In this document: positions 6,588 to 15,514 of the stretch, one piece after another | How the letters are laid out: every line of letters begins with the position of its first letter | Numbering within the stretch: the first letter of the stretch is position 1 | Virus record (IMG/VR): IMGVR_UViG_3300006931_000029 | Span: 62,001-126,000 of that record | Reading direction: 5' to 3' (one strand) | Length of the DNA: 64,000 nt | Notes under the pieces: model-generated | Databases searched by the model: none | Told to the model about the DNA's origin: nothing | The model's input: the letters and a program-made list of their open reading frames with translations, nothing else | Translations under genes and position numbers: made by a program

Positions 6588-7314
6588 TTAGGTCGTGAGA
6601 GTACTGATTGCCACACGAGACGCACTTGTGCTTGATCTCGGTTCCGAGATGCGGCGTAAGCTTTTCCATCATCTCCGTGTAGTAGGAGAAATCAGCGGGT
6701 GGCAGAGCGTTGAAGTACGTGATTGCTTCGTCCGGCGTGTCAGGTGACGTCTCGTTGACTGCGACCAGAGCCGAAACTGCCCGAGTCATCTTGCTAGAGA
6801 CTTTGTCAGTTTCAGGGCGTTCCAACACGCCTAGTTCATCTCGAACCAAGAGAGGTCGAAGACGAATCTTGTCTTTGCAAACAGGAAGCGTGATCTCGTC
6901 GTAGCCCACGTAGTTGTCCGGCTTTTCAGAGATTTTCTCGAGGTTGTCAGGAACCACGAGTTTCACCTGTTCGACGTGACCGCATGATGGACATTTGCTG
7001 TCGTAGTTCAGCGATGAATCTCTGGCGAGTGCTCGCGCAACCAGCAGAATCGTGATGACGTCGCCGACGGGCATCGAGTCAACTTTGTCGAGGTTGATTA
7101 GTTTTTTCACCACCTCGAACGAGATGCGATCAACCGGCACAGTGCGGAGAGCTTTGATAACCCACTCGTCGACGCTTTGATCCCACGGATAGACCGTCAC
7201 CTTGCCGCCAGGCAGCTTGTCCGGCATGGAGTAACCATGAGACAGTAAGGTGATTTCCTTCTTGAACTTCTCTCGTGCCGGGGCGAGAGATTGCAGATTG
7301 GATTTGATGGCCAT
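6562..7314 (-). CDS. baseplate hub assembly protein (T4 gp26-like)
   Basis: GDVITILLVARA, CPSCG, KIRLRPLLVRDE, CVSCG and the terminal LDADFF. Start MAIKS (7314) is preferred because GTTCTA lies 6 nt upstream. Confidence 0.7.
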   Translation of the reverse strand: MAIKSNLQSLAPAREKFKKEITLLSHGYSMPDKLPGGKVTVYPWDQSVDEWVIKALRTVPVDRISFEVVKKLINLDKVDSMPVGDVITILLVARALARDSSLNYDSKCPSCGHVEQVKLVVPDNLEKISEKPDNYVGYDEITLPVCKDKIRLRPLLVRDELGVLERPETDKVSSKMTRAVSALVAVNETSPDTPDEAITYFNALPPADFSYYTEMMEKLTPHLGTEIKHKCVSCGNQYSHDLNLDADFFR

Positions 7315-7344
7315 GTCAACTAGAACTACTCGACCAAATAGAAC

Positions 7345-7370
7345 GGCCGTCACCCAGGCAGGTGACGGCC
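7345..7370. promoter_or_regulatory. perfect 10-bp intergenic hairpin GGCCGTCACC/GGTGACGGCC
   Basis: Read directly from sequence. It has no U-tract, and its stem core matches the stem at 42147..42211. Confidence 0.5.
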
Positions 7371-7410
7371 GTCAACTAATGGCTAAATTGCGCCTTGAGG
7401 GCGCAAGACG

Positions 7411-7764
7411 TTACTCCTTTTTGTCGTCCGAATCGTCGTCATCATCGCCTTTGGACTTGTCGTCCTTCTTGGCGGGAGGAGCTTTCTTGTCGTCCTTCTT
7501 GTCGTCCTTCTTGGCGGGAGGAGCTTTCTTGTCGTCTTTCTTTCCGCCATCGACCTTCACGTCGGTGTCGGCCGTAACCGTTTCACCGCCGGACTTCAGC
7601 TTCACGCCGGCCGGCTTGTCCTTGGCGAGTTGCTTGAGCGCCTTCTGGATTTGCTTCGGGTTGCCGGTGATCTGAACGCTGACGGTGGCCTGTTCGCCAC
7701 CTTTCGGTGCGGCAGACTCGGCCTCGCCTTCGAAGATGGAGTCGATGAGTTCGCGTGATTTCAT
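7411..7764 (-). CDS. Lys/Asp-rich low-complexity protein with KKDDKKAPPA repeats
   Basis: 117 aa with a duplicated ~42-nt unit at about 7455-7540 and N-terminal LIDSIFEGE. It lies directly after the tube gene. Confidence 0.6.
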   Translation of the reverse strand: MKSRELIDSIFEGEAESAAPKGGEQATVSVQITGNPKQIQKALKQLAKDKPAGVKLKSGGETVTADTDVKVDGGKKDDKKAPPAKKDDKKDDKKAPPAKKDDKSKGDDDDDSDDKKE

Positions 7765-7793
7765 GGAAAGAAGAGACGAGTAGAAGAGAACGA

Positions 7794-8477
7794 TTAGGCG
7801 ACTGAGCCTGGGTTGCGGAGACCAGCAAGGATGTTGGAGAGACCCATGCTTGGAAGATTGGCGAAGTTGACTGGGTTCAAATCGACAACCTTCTCAGGGT
7901 AATAACGATCGATCTGCAACGACACGGTGAGAGTGACACCTTGGTTGGCCTGGGTCATGTCGGCGTTCGACGGTTTCAGGTTTTTGATCCACACGCCTTC
8001 GAGACGGTAGCGAGCACCGAGCGTCATCACGTTCGTCTCGGTCGTGTCGTCGATGTTGGCCAACTTCTGCATGTTCGGCGTGAGCCAGAAGAAATAGCCG
8101 TTCGACTTGACTGCAGACGAAAGACCCACGCCGCCGTTGGCGGGGTTCGAGATGAGCCAATGCCAGCGCTCGAGAAGTTCTGCGGTGCGACGATTGAACG
8201 CGTAGCGAACCGTCATGTCGACCGTGCCTGAAGCAGTATCGCCACCAATTTGGTGGTTGGTCTGCTGGAGGTACTTGATCGGCATCGACTCACGAGCGCG
8301 ATCAGGGAAAGGAAATTCCTGCACCGCGAACGCGCACTCCTGATCCCACAAGCTCGACCCCTGCGCCTCGCGAAGGAGAGTCGGGAACGAGAGGAGGACG
8401 TAGAACAGGTCAGAGCGCTGCTGGTCGAGACCGGAGCCAGCCGCACCCCACTGGTTTTTGAAGTTGATGAGTCCCAT
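7794..8477 (-). CDS. tail tube protein (gp19-like)
   Basis: Follows the sheath gene; carries FPFPDR..MPIKY, ELLERWH and LEGVWIKNL motifs. Confidence 0.8.
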   Translation of the reverse strand: MGLINFKNQWGAAGSGLDQQRSDLFYVLLSFPTLLREAQGSSLWDQECAFAVQEFPFPDRARESMPIKYLQQTNHQIGGDTASGTVDMTVRYAFNRRTAELLERWHWLISNPANGGVGLSSAVKSNGYFFWLTPNMQKLANIDDTTETNVMTLGARYRLEGVWIKNLKPSNADMTQANQGVTLTVSLQIDRYYPEKVVDLNPVNFANLPSMGLSNILAGLRNPGSVA

Positions 8478-8511
8478 GGTAGTATCAGGTAGATTTTACG
8501 CGGCTCGCCGA

Positions 8512-10599
8512 TTAGGCAGGAAGGTTGCTCGTGCCCACGTTCGAGAGGGTTGCACCCGACTTTTCCACCGTCGCCGTGATGATGAAGACTTCGGCGACGT
8601 CGATCGGGATGATCGCGAGGTCGACGATGACTTGACGAGCGTTGCGGGTGTCCGGGGTGTTGTTGGTGTCATCCAGCTGGATGGCGTAACCTTCAACACC
8701 ACGCTCGGACTTGACTGCCTCCATGAAGTTGGTGTAGTCCAGCTTCAGTTGTTGGAAGAGCACGTCGTCGATCGGGTCGAAGGTGTAGCGGCGAGCGATA
8801 TTCGCGAAGCCCTTGAGGATGTAGTTCACGAGCACCACGTTGTGGATAGCCGTGAGCTTGCTCTCGGTACGTTGCAGCGTGCGATCGCCGTAGATTTCGA
8901 TGGAGTTGCCAAGCAGCAACACCGGATTCACCGAGTTGCCATTGCCATACATGGCATTCTTGACGTCCAAAGAAACGTACTTGTAGCGAACTTTCTGCGC
9001 CTCGGGAATGACGCCGCGGATGTCACCTGCGACAGCCTTCCATGGCTTGTCGAGGTCGAAAGTGCGGGCAGCGCAACGGAGATAACCGAGCGACGGTGGC
9101 ACGTATTTCTGAACGCCAGTGAACGTGTCGCTGATTTGGAACCAGTTCCAGAAGAGACACATCCGGTAGTTGTCGATGCGGCCGTTGGCGGAGTAGAGAC
9201 CCGTGCCATTGTGCCAGTCGATAGCGTCGCGAGCGTTGAGATTGTCAGGGATATTGCCCACGCCAATCGCGTTGACCTTGCCGGCGATGCGGGCAATTTC
9301 CTGGTAGACCGCAATCGAGGTGGAATCCGGAACAGCAATGAAATCAACGTCAACCTCATCCGAGTCGGACCGCTCGAACAGCTTCAAGCCGGTCGGCGTA
9401 TCGTCGTTCGGGTCGATGGTGCCGATGTAGTCCTGGTCGGTCACGTTCTCGCCATTGAATCCGCCAGAGAATTCCGCCAAGTTCGACGGCGTGCCAATCG
9501 TGAGATTCCACGGGTTGTACGTGTTGCCTGGAGGCTCCGATCCGAAGACGTGGAAGATCGAGATGTAGCTCGACTTGCCGTTGATGCGAGTCGTGTAGAA
9601 GTTGTCGCTCGCTGGGTCGTTCGAGAGATTGTCGATGCTTTCCACCAACACCGATCCCTGATAGACCAGGAATTTCTTGGTGTCCGGCGCAGAGCCAGGA
9701 GCAACTTGGAGGGTGATGCCCGTCGACTGGCCTTGGGTGTTGGCCCAAGTTCCCGCTGAGTTTGCGAAAACCTGCATCGCATCGGCAGTGGACTGAGCGG
9801 TGACCTTGTAAACAGTCGCACCCGTGTAGCTATCCTGCAGAGGGAGGGCTTGGTAACCGACGTCCGTCTGGTTGGAGGTGTAGAAGAGGATGTCGCCGTT
9901 GGCGCGAACCTCGGACACCTTGATTTCGCGAGTCGTCGAACGATTCGTCTGGGAAACTTTCAGCGTGTCGCCCACCGAGATGTTGGCGTACGTGCCGCTG
10001 ACATTGATCTTGAAAGCGTTTTTGTCGCCGACAACCGTGCCCAAGCCGGTAACGGCAGAGCCGTAGGTCGGAGCGCTGAGGAACGCTTCGGCTTCATTGG
10101 CCGCGTTGGCAGACTCGGACCGACCAACCGTTGCACCGTTGTAGGTGTCAGCAAGAGCGACAGCTTCGCTGCCGACCGACACGAGGGTAATCGTGGTACC
10201 AGCAATTGAGTCGATCTTGGCATTCGGCGTGGTGATCTTGCTCGGTTGACGAACGCGAAGGTAATCACCGGGCGAGAAGAGACTCGCGTTTGGCGTGATG
10301 AGCGAGTAGGTTCCGGTCGAGCCAGAGGCGTTGTTGGACGCCGTCGTGGCGTATTGCTGACCGACGCGAACCACTCGGCAACCATCGCTCGAGTTGGAAA
10401 TCATCGCAACTGCATCGCCCACGAAGCTGCCTTCTAGGGGCGCACCGAATTTGCGGACGAACTCGAAGATGGATGGGCAATTGGTGACCGTGTCGAACTC
10501 GCCACGTTGGGCAATGCCCACGAGACCAGCGCGGAAACGGCTTGTCGGCGTGGTGACTTGGCTGTTGTCGACGACCCTGGTGATGACTTGAGGAAACAT
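8512..10599 (-). CDS. tail sheath protein (gp18-like)
   Basis: FPQVITRVVDNS, GLVGIAQRG, FVRKFG, YVPPS, WKAVAG..RG, VNPV, IYGDRTLQ and CVII-like C-terminus with IIPIDVAEVFII. Confidence 0.92.
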   Translation of the reverse strand: MFPQVITRVVDNSQVTTPTSRFRAGLVGIAQRGEFDTVTNCPSIFEFVRKFGAPLEGSFVGDAVAMISNSSDGCRVVRVGQQYATTASNNASGSTGTYSLITPNASLFSPGDYLRVRQPSKITTPNAKIDSIAGTTITLVSVGSEAVALADTYNGATVGRSESANAANEAEAFLSAPTYGSAVTGLGTVVGDKNAFKINVSGTYANISVGDTLKVSQTNRSTTREIKVSEVRANGDILFYTSNQTDVGYQALPLQDSYTGATVYKVTAQSTADAMQVFANSAGTWANTQGQSTGITLQVAPGSAPDTKKFLVYQGSVLVESIDNLSNDPASDNFYTTRINGKSSYISIFHVFGSEPPGNTYNPWNLTIGTPSNLAEFSGGFNGENVTDQDYIGTIDPNDDTPTGLKLFERSDSDEVDVDFIAVPDSTSIAVYQEIARIAGKVNAIGVGNIPDNLNARDAIDWHNGTGLYSANGRIDNYRMCLFWNWFQISDTFTGVQKYVPPSLGYLRCAARTFDLDKPWKAVAGDIRGVIPEAQKVRYKYVSLDVKNAMYGNGNSVNPVLLLGNSIEIYGDRTLQRTESKLTAIHNVVLVNYILKGFANIARRYTFDPIDDVLFQQLKLDYTNFMEAVKSERGVEGYAIQLDDTNNTPDTRNARQVIVDLAIIPIDVAEVFIITATVEKSGATLSNVGTSNLPA

Positions 10600-10624
10600 G
10601 TGAGTGGTGGTCTTGCTATTCTAA

Positions 10625-11530
10625 CTATGCGCTAGTCGCAGGAGGAAGCCCCTCGCGCGATTCTATCGCTGGGTTTTGCTGGCCTACCCTGACGTCGTCC
10701 AGTCCAGCATACGTGGCATTGAAGTCAAAATAACGATCTAGTTCGTCCGGTGGGATAGTTGCTTTCTCTTTCGCTAGTCCGATTTCCCACAGGACTGGAC
10801 TAAATACCGTTCGGTAATCCACAGAAAATCCTTCGACGCACAGGTTGAATGATACGCGCATCTCCTGGTTGTTCTCATTGTCACCTTCCTGAGTGATGGA
10901 TTGAATTCCACCTTCGAGGTACATGCGCAAATACTGAGGCCCGTGAGGAAAGGGATACCGAGCAACGATAAACGTTTGTGGTACTCCACCTGAAATCCAG
11001 AGGCGGCGTTGAAGTCGGTTTACAAACACCGACTGGGTCTGTGGAGTCTTGCAGAAATACTCCAGTTGGAACCTGAAGTCCCAGCCAGCCGGCATCTGCA
11101 TGCTCGCAGCAACGCCTAGATCGTTCAGCCTGACGTTGGCCGCTTCTTTGTCGGCCGTCGGGAAATACGCCCGACGGTTTCGGTGGTAACTCGAGCTTTG
11201 GGAGGCTCGATACTGCCAGTCCAGGCGTTTTACCGAAATGAGCGGGTAGAAGACGTTCGATGGCTGGGGATTGTAAACAGGTTGCCCCCTAGCGTCCTTA
11301 ACGTCAAGCAAATACTTGAAGGGGTTGTTTCCTGCCTTGAACAACCGCGCGAACTCCGCGTGAGCATCCCTTGGGGTCGCGAACACGACCGGAGTTGGAT
11401 AACCACCATCCTGGAGCGGGAACGACTTGTAAAGCCAACGTTGAAGCGCCAGCTCGTGAATCCGGACAGAAGTAAACTCGAGTTGGTCTACTTTGTCGTC
11501 CGCGTAATCTTTGGATGCGTCAACGGCCAT
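10625..11530 (-). CDS. tail terminator / sheath stabilizer (gp15-like)
   Basis: PTPVVFATP, YPLISVKRLDW and MPAGWDFRFQL motifs; position upstream of the sheath gene. Confidence 0.65.
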   Translation of the reverse strand: MAVDASKDYADDKVDQLEFTSVRIHELALQRWLYKSFPLQDGGYPTPVVFATPRDAHAEFARLFKAGNNPFKYLLDVKDARGQPVYNPQPSNVFYPLISVKRLDWQYRASQSSSYHRNRRAYFPTADKEAANVRLNDLGVAASMQMPAGWDFRFQLEYFCKTPQTQSVFVNRLQRRLWISGGVPQTFIVARYPFPHGPQYLRMYLEGGIQSITQEGDNENNQEMRVSFNLCVEGFSVDYRTVFSPVLWEIGLAKEKATIPPDELDRYFDFNATYAGLDDVRVGQQNPAIESREGLPPATSA

Positions 11531-11557
11531 CGGCCTAATTACGCACCCAAGTCAGAT

Positions 11558-11812
11558 TTAGACGGCAACGAGGAGGCTGATCTGCAGCGGTACTTCGGAA
11601 CCGTTGTCGAATTCGACGACGGCGTAGCCGTCCTCGCGAATCTTGCGCACGATGCCCTTCTGTCCGTCGAACGGATAGGTAGGGTCTTCGAGCACAGCGA
11701 CAGTTGTTCCGACCTTGATGCCAGCATCGCTGACGAGCTCGTTTACAGCTTCGTCAACGTTGATTTTGCCGGTGCAGAGGCGATCGATGGTTTCTTGAAT
11801 TGTTTTCTTCAC
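11558..11812 (-). CDS. small SH3/KOW-like protein
   Basis: KVGTTVAVL..PFDGQKGIVRKI..GYAVVEF beta-barrel pattern. Confidence 0.55.
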   Translation of the reverse strand: MKKTIQETIDRLCTGKINVDEAVNELVSDAGIKVGTTVAVLEDPTYPFDGQKGIVRKIREDGYAVVEFDNGSEVPLQISLLVAV

Positions 11813-12165
11813 GGCTCGGGATTAAGGTTGGATGTGCTAATTACACGGACAAGTTCAGATTCGATTCGGTCAATGCCATCGAACCACATCGTGCCCCTGG
11901 TCAGGGCGCTTAAAGTCTCGGTGTCGGCAGGTCCGCAAGTCACTTTGAACCGACCTCGGGATTCGTCAAGCTCAAGGTCAATGGTCTTCGCCAACGAAAC
12001 GAGTTTTGGCCTGAACTGCTCGGACCATGAACCCGGCTGTTCCACGGAAACCTTGACCAACCAGCCTTCAAGCCATCGTTGGATTTTTGGACGGTCTTCT
12101 TTTTTGACGGTCAATTCCGCTTGGAACGCCTTCAGACCGCTTTCAAATAGAGACCGGGGGACCAT
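11809..12165 (-). CDS. hypothetical protein
   Basis: 118-aa ORF tiled with overlaps in the structural operon. Confidence 0.5.
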   Translation of the reverse strand: MVPRSLFESGLKAFQAELTVKKEDRPKIQRWLEGWLVKVSVEQPGSWSEQFRPKLVSLAKTIDLELDESRGRFKVTCGPADTETLSALTRGTMWFDGIDRIESELVRVISTSNLNPEP

Positions 12166-12736
12166 CTGGTGGTGACTTGCCGCCTAGTTGGGTATCTTCC
12201 AGACTCGGCAAAGGGAGCTGGGTTTTGATTGGCTGCGGAAACGCAGGCATGCCATCGCCAGAGGCAGGAATCATGCACTTGACCTTAAGGCCAAGCCAGA
12301 TGTTCGTCTGGTGCCAATACGCGTCTCCTGGAATCTCCACGAATGTCAGCATGTACGTGTAGCCGTTCCAGAGAAGGTAGTCTCCGCGAACCGGAAAATA
12401 GTCGAACTCGATCAGCGACCTGTGGGCAATGATGAAGTCGTCCCTGCGCTGCGGGACCATTCCGTACTTCGTCATCGTCCACTCATTCTTGCCGTTAGGG
12501 AACAGGTTGATGGCAGGAATCGAGATTTGGCGAAGAATCGTTTCCTTACCATCAGCGGTCGTGTGCCATAGCGGGTCCAGGTCCTCGATTGCGCGATTGA
12601 CTTCTAAAAACTTGGGCGCAGGTCTTGCAGAATGTTTTGCCGTAGCCTCAGCGTAGATGCGCAACGCGGTCTGAGTATCCTTCTTCTTGAAGACCTCCGG
12701 GTCGTAGGGAAATTCGGGGCGTTCTGAGTAGCGCAT
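12143..12736 (-). CDS. head closure / neck protein (gp14-like)
   Basis: DPLW, TKYGM..DFI, PVRGDYLLWNG..VE..YWHQ..LKVKC pattern. Confidence 0.65.
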   Translation of the reverse strand: MRYSERPEFPYDPEVFKKKDTQTALRIYAEATAKHSARPAPKFLEVNRAIEDLDPLWHTTADGKETILRQISIPAINLFPNGKNEWTMTKYGMVPQRRDDFIIAHRSLIEFDYFPVRGDYLLWNGYTYMLTFVEIPGDAYWHQTNIWLGLKVKCMIPASGDGMPAFPQPIKTQLPLPSLEDTQLGGKSPPDGPPVSI

Positions 12737-12745
12737 CGACTAAGT

Positions 12746-13213
12746 ATGTCTCTTCCTGAATTATGCCACAAATGCCGTCAGCTAAGACCAAAGGACCTAG
12801 GACGTTTCTTCACGGTTCAAGGTCGCTGTCACGACCGGAAATTTGTGTGCAATCGCTGTCTTGCAAAACCAGCGCCGGAACGATGCGGCAACACGTCACC
12901 GTCTCCAATCGAACTTGAAGCACGAAGAGCCTTGTTGGAAACCGGTTGGAAATTTGTCGAAGAATTTGAGCTCAAGACATTCAGATTTGACTTCGCGATT
13001 CGTGCTTTGCGATTGCTAATCGAAATCGACTCAAAGCGGTGGCACAGTCATCCTTCGCGCCGCGCTCGGGATAAGAGGAAAACAGAAGCAGCGAAAGCAG
13101 AAGGGTGGGACGTAACCCGAGTGACGACAAAGAGTGCGGATTCTGTTTCATTTATGGTGAAGCAGGTTGTCATGCAGAGGGAGGCGGAATTAGCAACGAG
13201 TCCGGATTATTGA
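12746..13213 (+). CDS. DUF559/Vsr-like PD-(D/E)xK endonuclease with N-terminal Cys cluster
   Basis: SPIELEARRAL, FRFDFAI, LIEIDSKRWH and RDKRKT..GWDVTRV motifs. Confidence 0.8.
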   Translation: MSLPELCHKCRQLRPKDLGRFFTVQGRCHDRKFVCNRCLAKPAPERCGNTSPSPIELEARRALLETGWKFVEEFELKTFRFDFAIRALRLLIEIDSKRWHSHPSRRARDKRKTEAAKAEGWDVTRVTTKSADSVSFMVKQVVMQREAELATSPDY

Positions 13214-14459
13214 CGCCAACCACCGATCCGCCAGCCATAGACGGGAAGTTGCCAGAAGATTCCGACGTCAGCGACGAACTTGCTGTCTCAGCTTCACCGA
13301 GCTGCTTACCGGTGACATTCGGGCTATCAGACACGAACTCACCACGCGTCAGGATGTAGAACGAAGACACTCTGGCATTGTTCACCTCGTGCCTGACAAA
13401 TCGCACATAGTACAAACCTGACCAAGGATCGCCTTGACCGTTCACGAACTGAGCACGAACAACATCGCCAATACCGACGAACGGATAGTTGTCAATGACG
13501 AATGCAACCTCGTGGAGTTCGTCTTTTACATCGACGAAGTAAGATTGAGATTCGCTGTAAAGCGACGTGAGTTGGTTCTGTCCCACGTGCCGAGTGGAAT
13601 AGACGGTTCCTTCTATTTCAGGAGCGGTGTTGGCGAGGCTCAGCTCGAGGTCAGACCTTGTTTCCCACACCGTGGTTTTTCCGGTAAGAGGATCAAACGC
13701 CACTAGCTTGATTCCAGATGCTCGGGTTCGATCGTTGGAATTCGCCTTGTTGGTCAGTGTGACGTTGGTCAGCGTGTTGGATGGCGCTCCGTAGTCAAAC
13801 GAAAAAATGCCCGTCAACTGGTAGTTGATCGTATGAAAGTGAAGAAATGCTCCTCGCGCGAACATCAAGAACTGCGACGACCCGTCTTTGTTCGACGCTA
13901 ATTGAAGAAGGCGATCAACGGCAAAATCCAAATCCGACTCAAACGACTGAACGAGCGCATAGTCGCCAGTAGTTGGTTCAATCGCGAACTTTTCGAATCC
14001 GTTTTCAAGTCCGATTGAGTTGACGATGTCGTTGATTTTTCCCTTGCGAGACGACACCCGCTCCGTCTTTGCCATCCGATATAGCAAGTCAGAGGTGACG
14101 ATGATGACGTGGTGCCCGTGCGGCATGCTCGGTGTCGGAGACGGCTGCGTCTTAGCAGATACGAGAACCTGAGGTTCCCATTCCGAGAAAAAAGACGACG
14201 CACCATCAGACACGCCGAAGCGCATCCAGAGCTTCGGAGATTTCACCGTGTTGAGCAGCGTGTCAAGCGCGTCAAATTCCGTCCTGGAATAAGCTTGAAC
14301 AACGTGAGTCCACATCTTGGGAGCGTTGACGCCCCACTCACACTTGCCGTTGAGATAGATGGTGCTCGAGCTTAAGAGCAACTGACCAGGATCAGGAGCT
14401 TTCGCCATCTGCATGACGAACTTCCCGGTAAAAGATCGAATCTGGTTGACCTGCGGCAC
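13170..14459 (-). CDS. baseplate hub protein (gp27/GpD-like)
   Basis: VQSFESDLDFAVDRL, FLHFHT and WSGLYYVRFVRHEV patterns typical of late control D-type hubs. Confidence 0.55.
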   Translation of the reverse strand: MPQVNQIRSFTGKFVMQMAKAPDPGQLLLSSSTIYLNGKCEWGVNAPKMWTHVVQAYSRTEFDALDTLLNTVKSPKLWMRFGVSDGASSFFSEWEPQVLVSAKTQPSPTPSMPHGHHVIIVTSDLLYRMAKTERVSSRKGKINDIVNSIGLENGFEKFAIEPTTGDYALVQSFESDLDFAVDRLLQLASNKDGSSQFLMFARGAFLHFHTINYQLTGIFSFDYGAPSNTLTNVTLTNKANSNDRTRASGIKLVAFDPLTGKTTVWETRSDLELSLANTAPEIEGTVYSTRHVGQNQLTSLYSESQSYFVDVKDELHEVAFVIDNYPFVGIGDVVRAQFVNGQGDPWSGLYYVRFVRHEVNNARVSSFYILTRGEFVSDSPNVTGKQLGEAETASSSLTSESSGNFPSMAGGSVVGVNNPDSLLIPPPSA

Positions 14460-14466
14460 ACCCTAT

Positions 14467-14691
14467 TTACTTGGTGCCAGCGATCTTCTTGACTAGTTTG
14501 GAAGCTTGGCGGACTGGGCCGACCACGTCTCTGCTCGGGAAGCCTTTTTTGCGTCCACCGTTGGTTAGCGTGCTAACCATTTGCGAATACAGGTCAAATT
14601 TATTGCTGCCTTTCAGGATGTTGAGCCCCTTCATCCTGGCATATTTCTTGGCGCTTGCCGGTAACGGCAGTTTTCCGATGTCGTCTCTCAT
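14467..14691 (-). CDS. small basic hypothetical protein
   Basis: 74-aa ORF overlapping the upstream gene by ATGA. Confidence 0.45.
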   Translation of the reverse strand: MRDDIGKLPLPASAKKYARMKGLNILKGSNKFDLYSQMVSTLTNGGRKKGFPSRDVVGPVRQASKLVKKIAGTK

Positions 14692-15071
14692 GACGAACGG
14701 TCGCCAGTGATGTCGTTAACCCAGAAACTGCGCTTCGAGTAGAAGGCCTTGAACAAAGACACGAGCGAATTTCTGATCAGCGTCATGTCGTCCTTCTTGT
14801 CGTCCTTCTCGAACGCTTTGAGTTCCTTCTTGACAATCTTTGAAATTTCGTCCTTGTCCGCCTTGGACAGAGATTCGCTAATCGCTTTTTTCTCCGGCGG
14901 AAAGATTTTCGAGAGGGCGATAAGGTCCTCCGGGATGCCGAACTTGTTCAGCTTCCACGTCGAGTAGCGTGGCAAAAAGACACCTTCGACACCGGTAGGA
15001 ATTGATTCTCCGATGTCAATGGTGACGAACGACTCGTCCAGCAACGCTTCGACTAGCTGGGTTGGAATCAC
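14688..15071 (-). CDS. hypothetical protein with LVEALLDE leader
   Basis: 127-aa ORF coupled within the operon. Confidence 0.55.
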   Translation of the reverse strand: MIPTQLVEALLDESFVTIDIGESIPTGVEGVFLPRYSTWKLNKFGIPEDLIALSKIFPPEKKAISESLSKADKDEISKIVKKELKAFEKDDKKDDMTLIRNSLVSLFKAFYSKRSFWVNDITGDRSS

Positions 15072-15514
15072 AGCGACGACCAGCCTGGAACGTTGCTTGC
15101 AACGATTCCCTGCGGATACTGACCGTCGGTCTTCGAGAAACCAAGCTCACCGTACTGAATCTGAGAGATGACAGTCATCTTGACTTTGCCCGTGCCGGTT
15201 GTTCCGGCGAGCTCCAAGTACTGACGCTTCGGATAAACCGTTTGCGTCTTTTGGCCACCAGGGACGAGAGCTTGAGTCGTGCCGAGGTCAGAGAATGGTC
15301 CGTTAGTGTAATCGTCACACTCGCGTAGTTTTGCGCTGACGTTGGACGTGCCTTCATTCACGAGACGAACCTGTGTCGAGACAAGTTGGTCATTGCTGTC
15401 CTGCGGTAGCGTGCCGTTAGCCTTGAGGCGGACAGTCACAAGACCGTTGACAACCGGAGCGTGAACTTCGGTCGTGCGCGTCAGCGGTTGAGGATATTCG
15501 CCGGGCGTGTTCAT
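15068..15514 (-). CDS. hypothetical beta-rich structural protein
   Basis: 148-aa ORF coupled by ATGA overlap. Confidence 0.55.
   Translation of the reverse strand: MNTPGEYPQPLTRTTEVHAPVVNGLVTVRLKANGTLPQDSNDQLVSTQVRLVNEGTSNVSAKLRECDDYTNGPFSDLGTTQALVPGGQKTQTVYPKRQYLELAGTTGTGKVKMTVISQIQYGELGFSKTDGQYPQGIVASNVPGWSSL

Noticed and set aside
8458-9759. Long antisense ORFs (also 937..1854, 11183..12175, 29850..31004, 40458..41207, 62303..62929)
   Set aside because: They are shadows of strongly codon-biased or low-complexity genes on the other strand and have no independent motifs.
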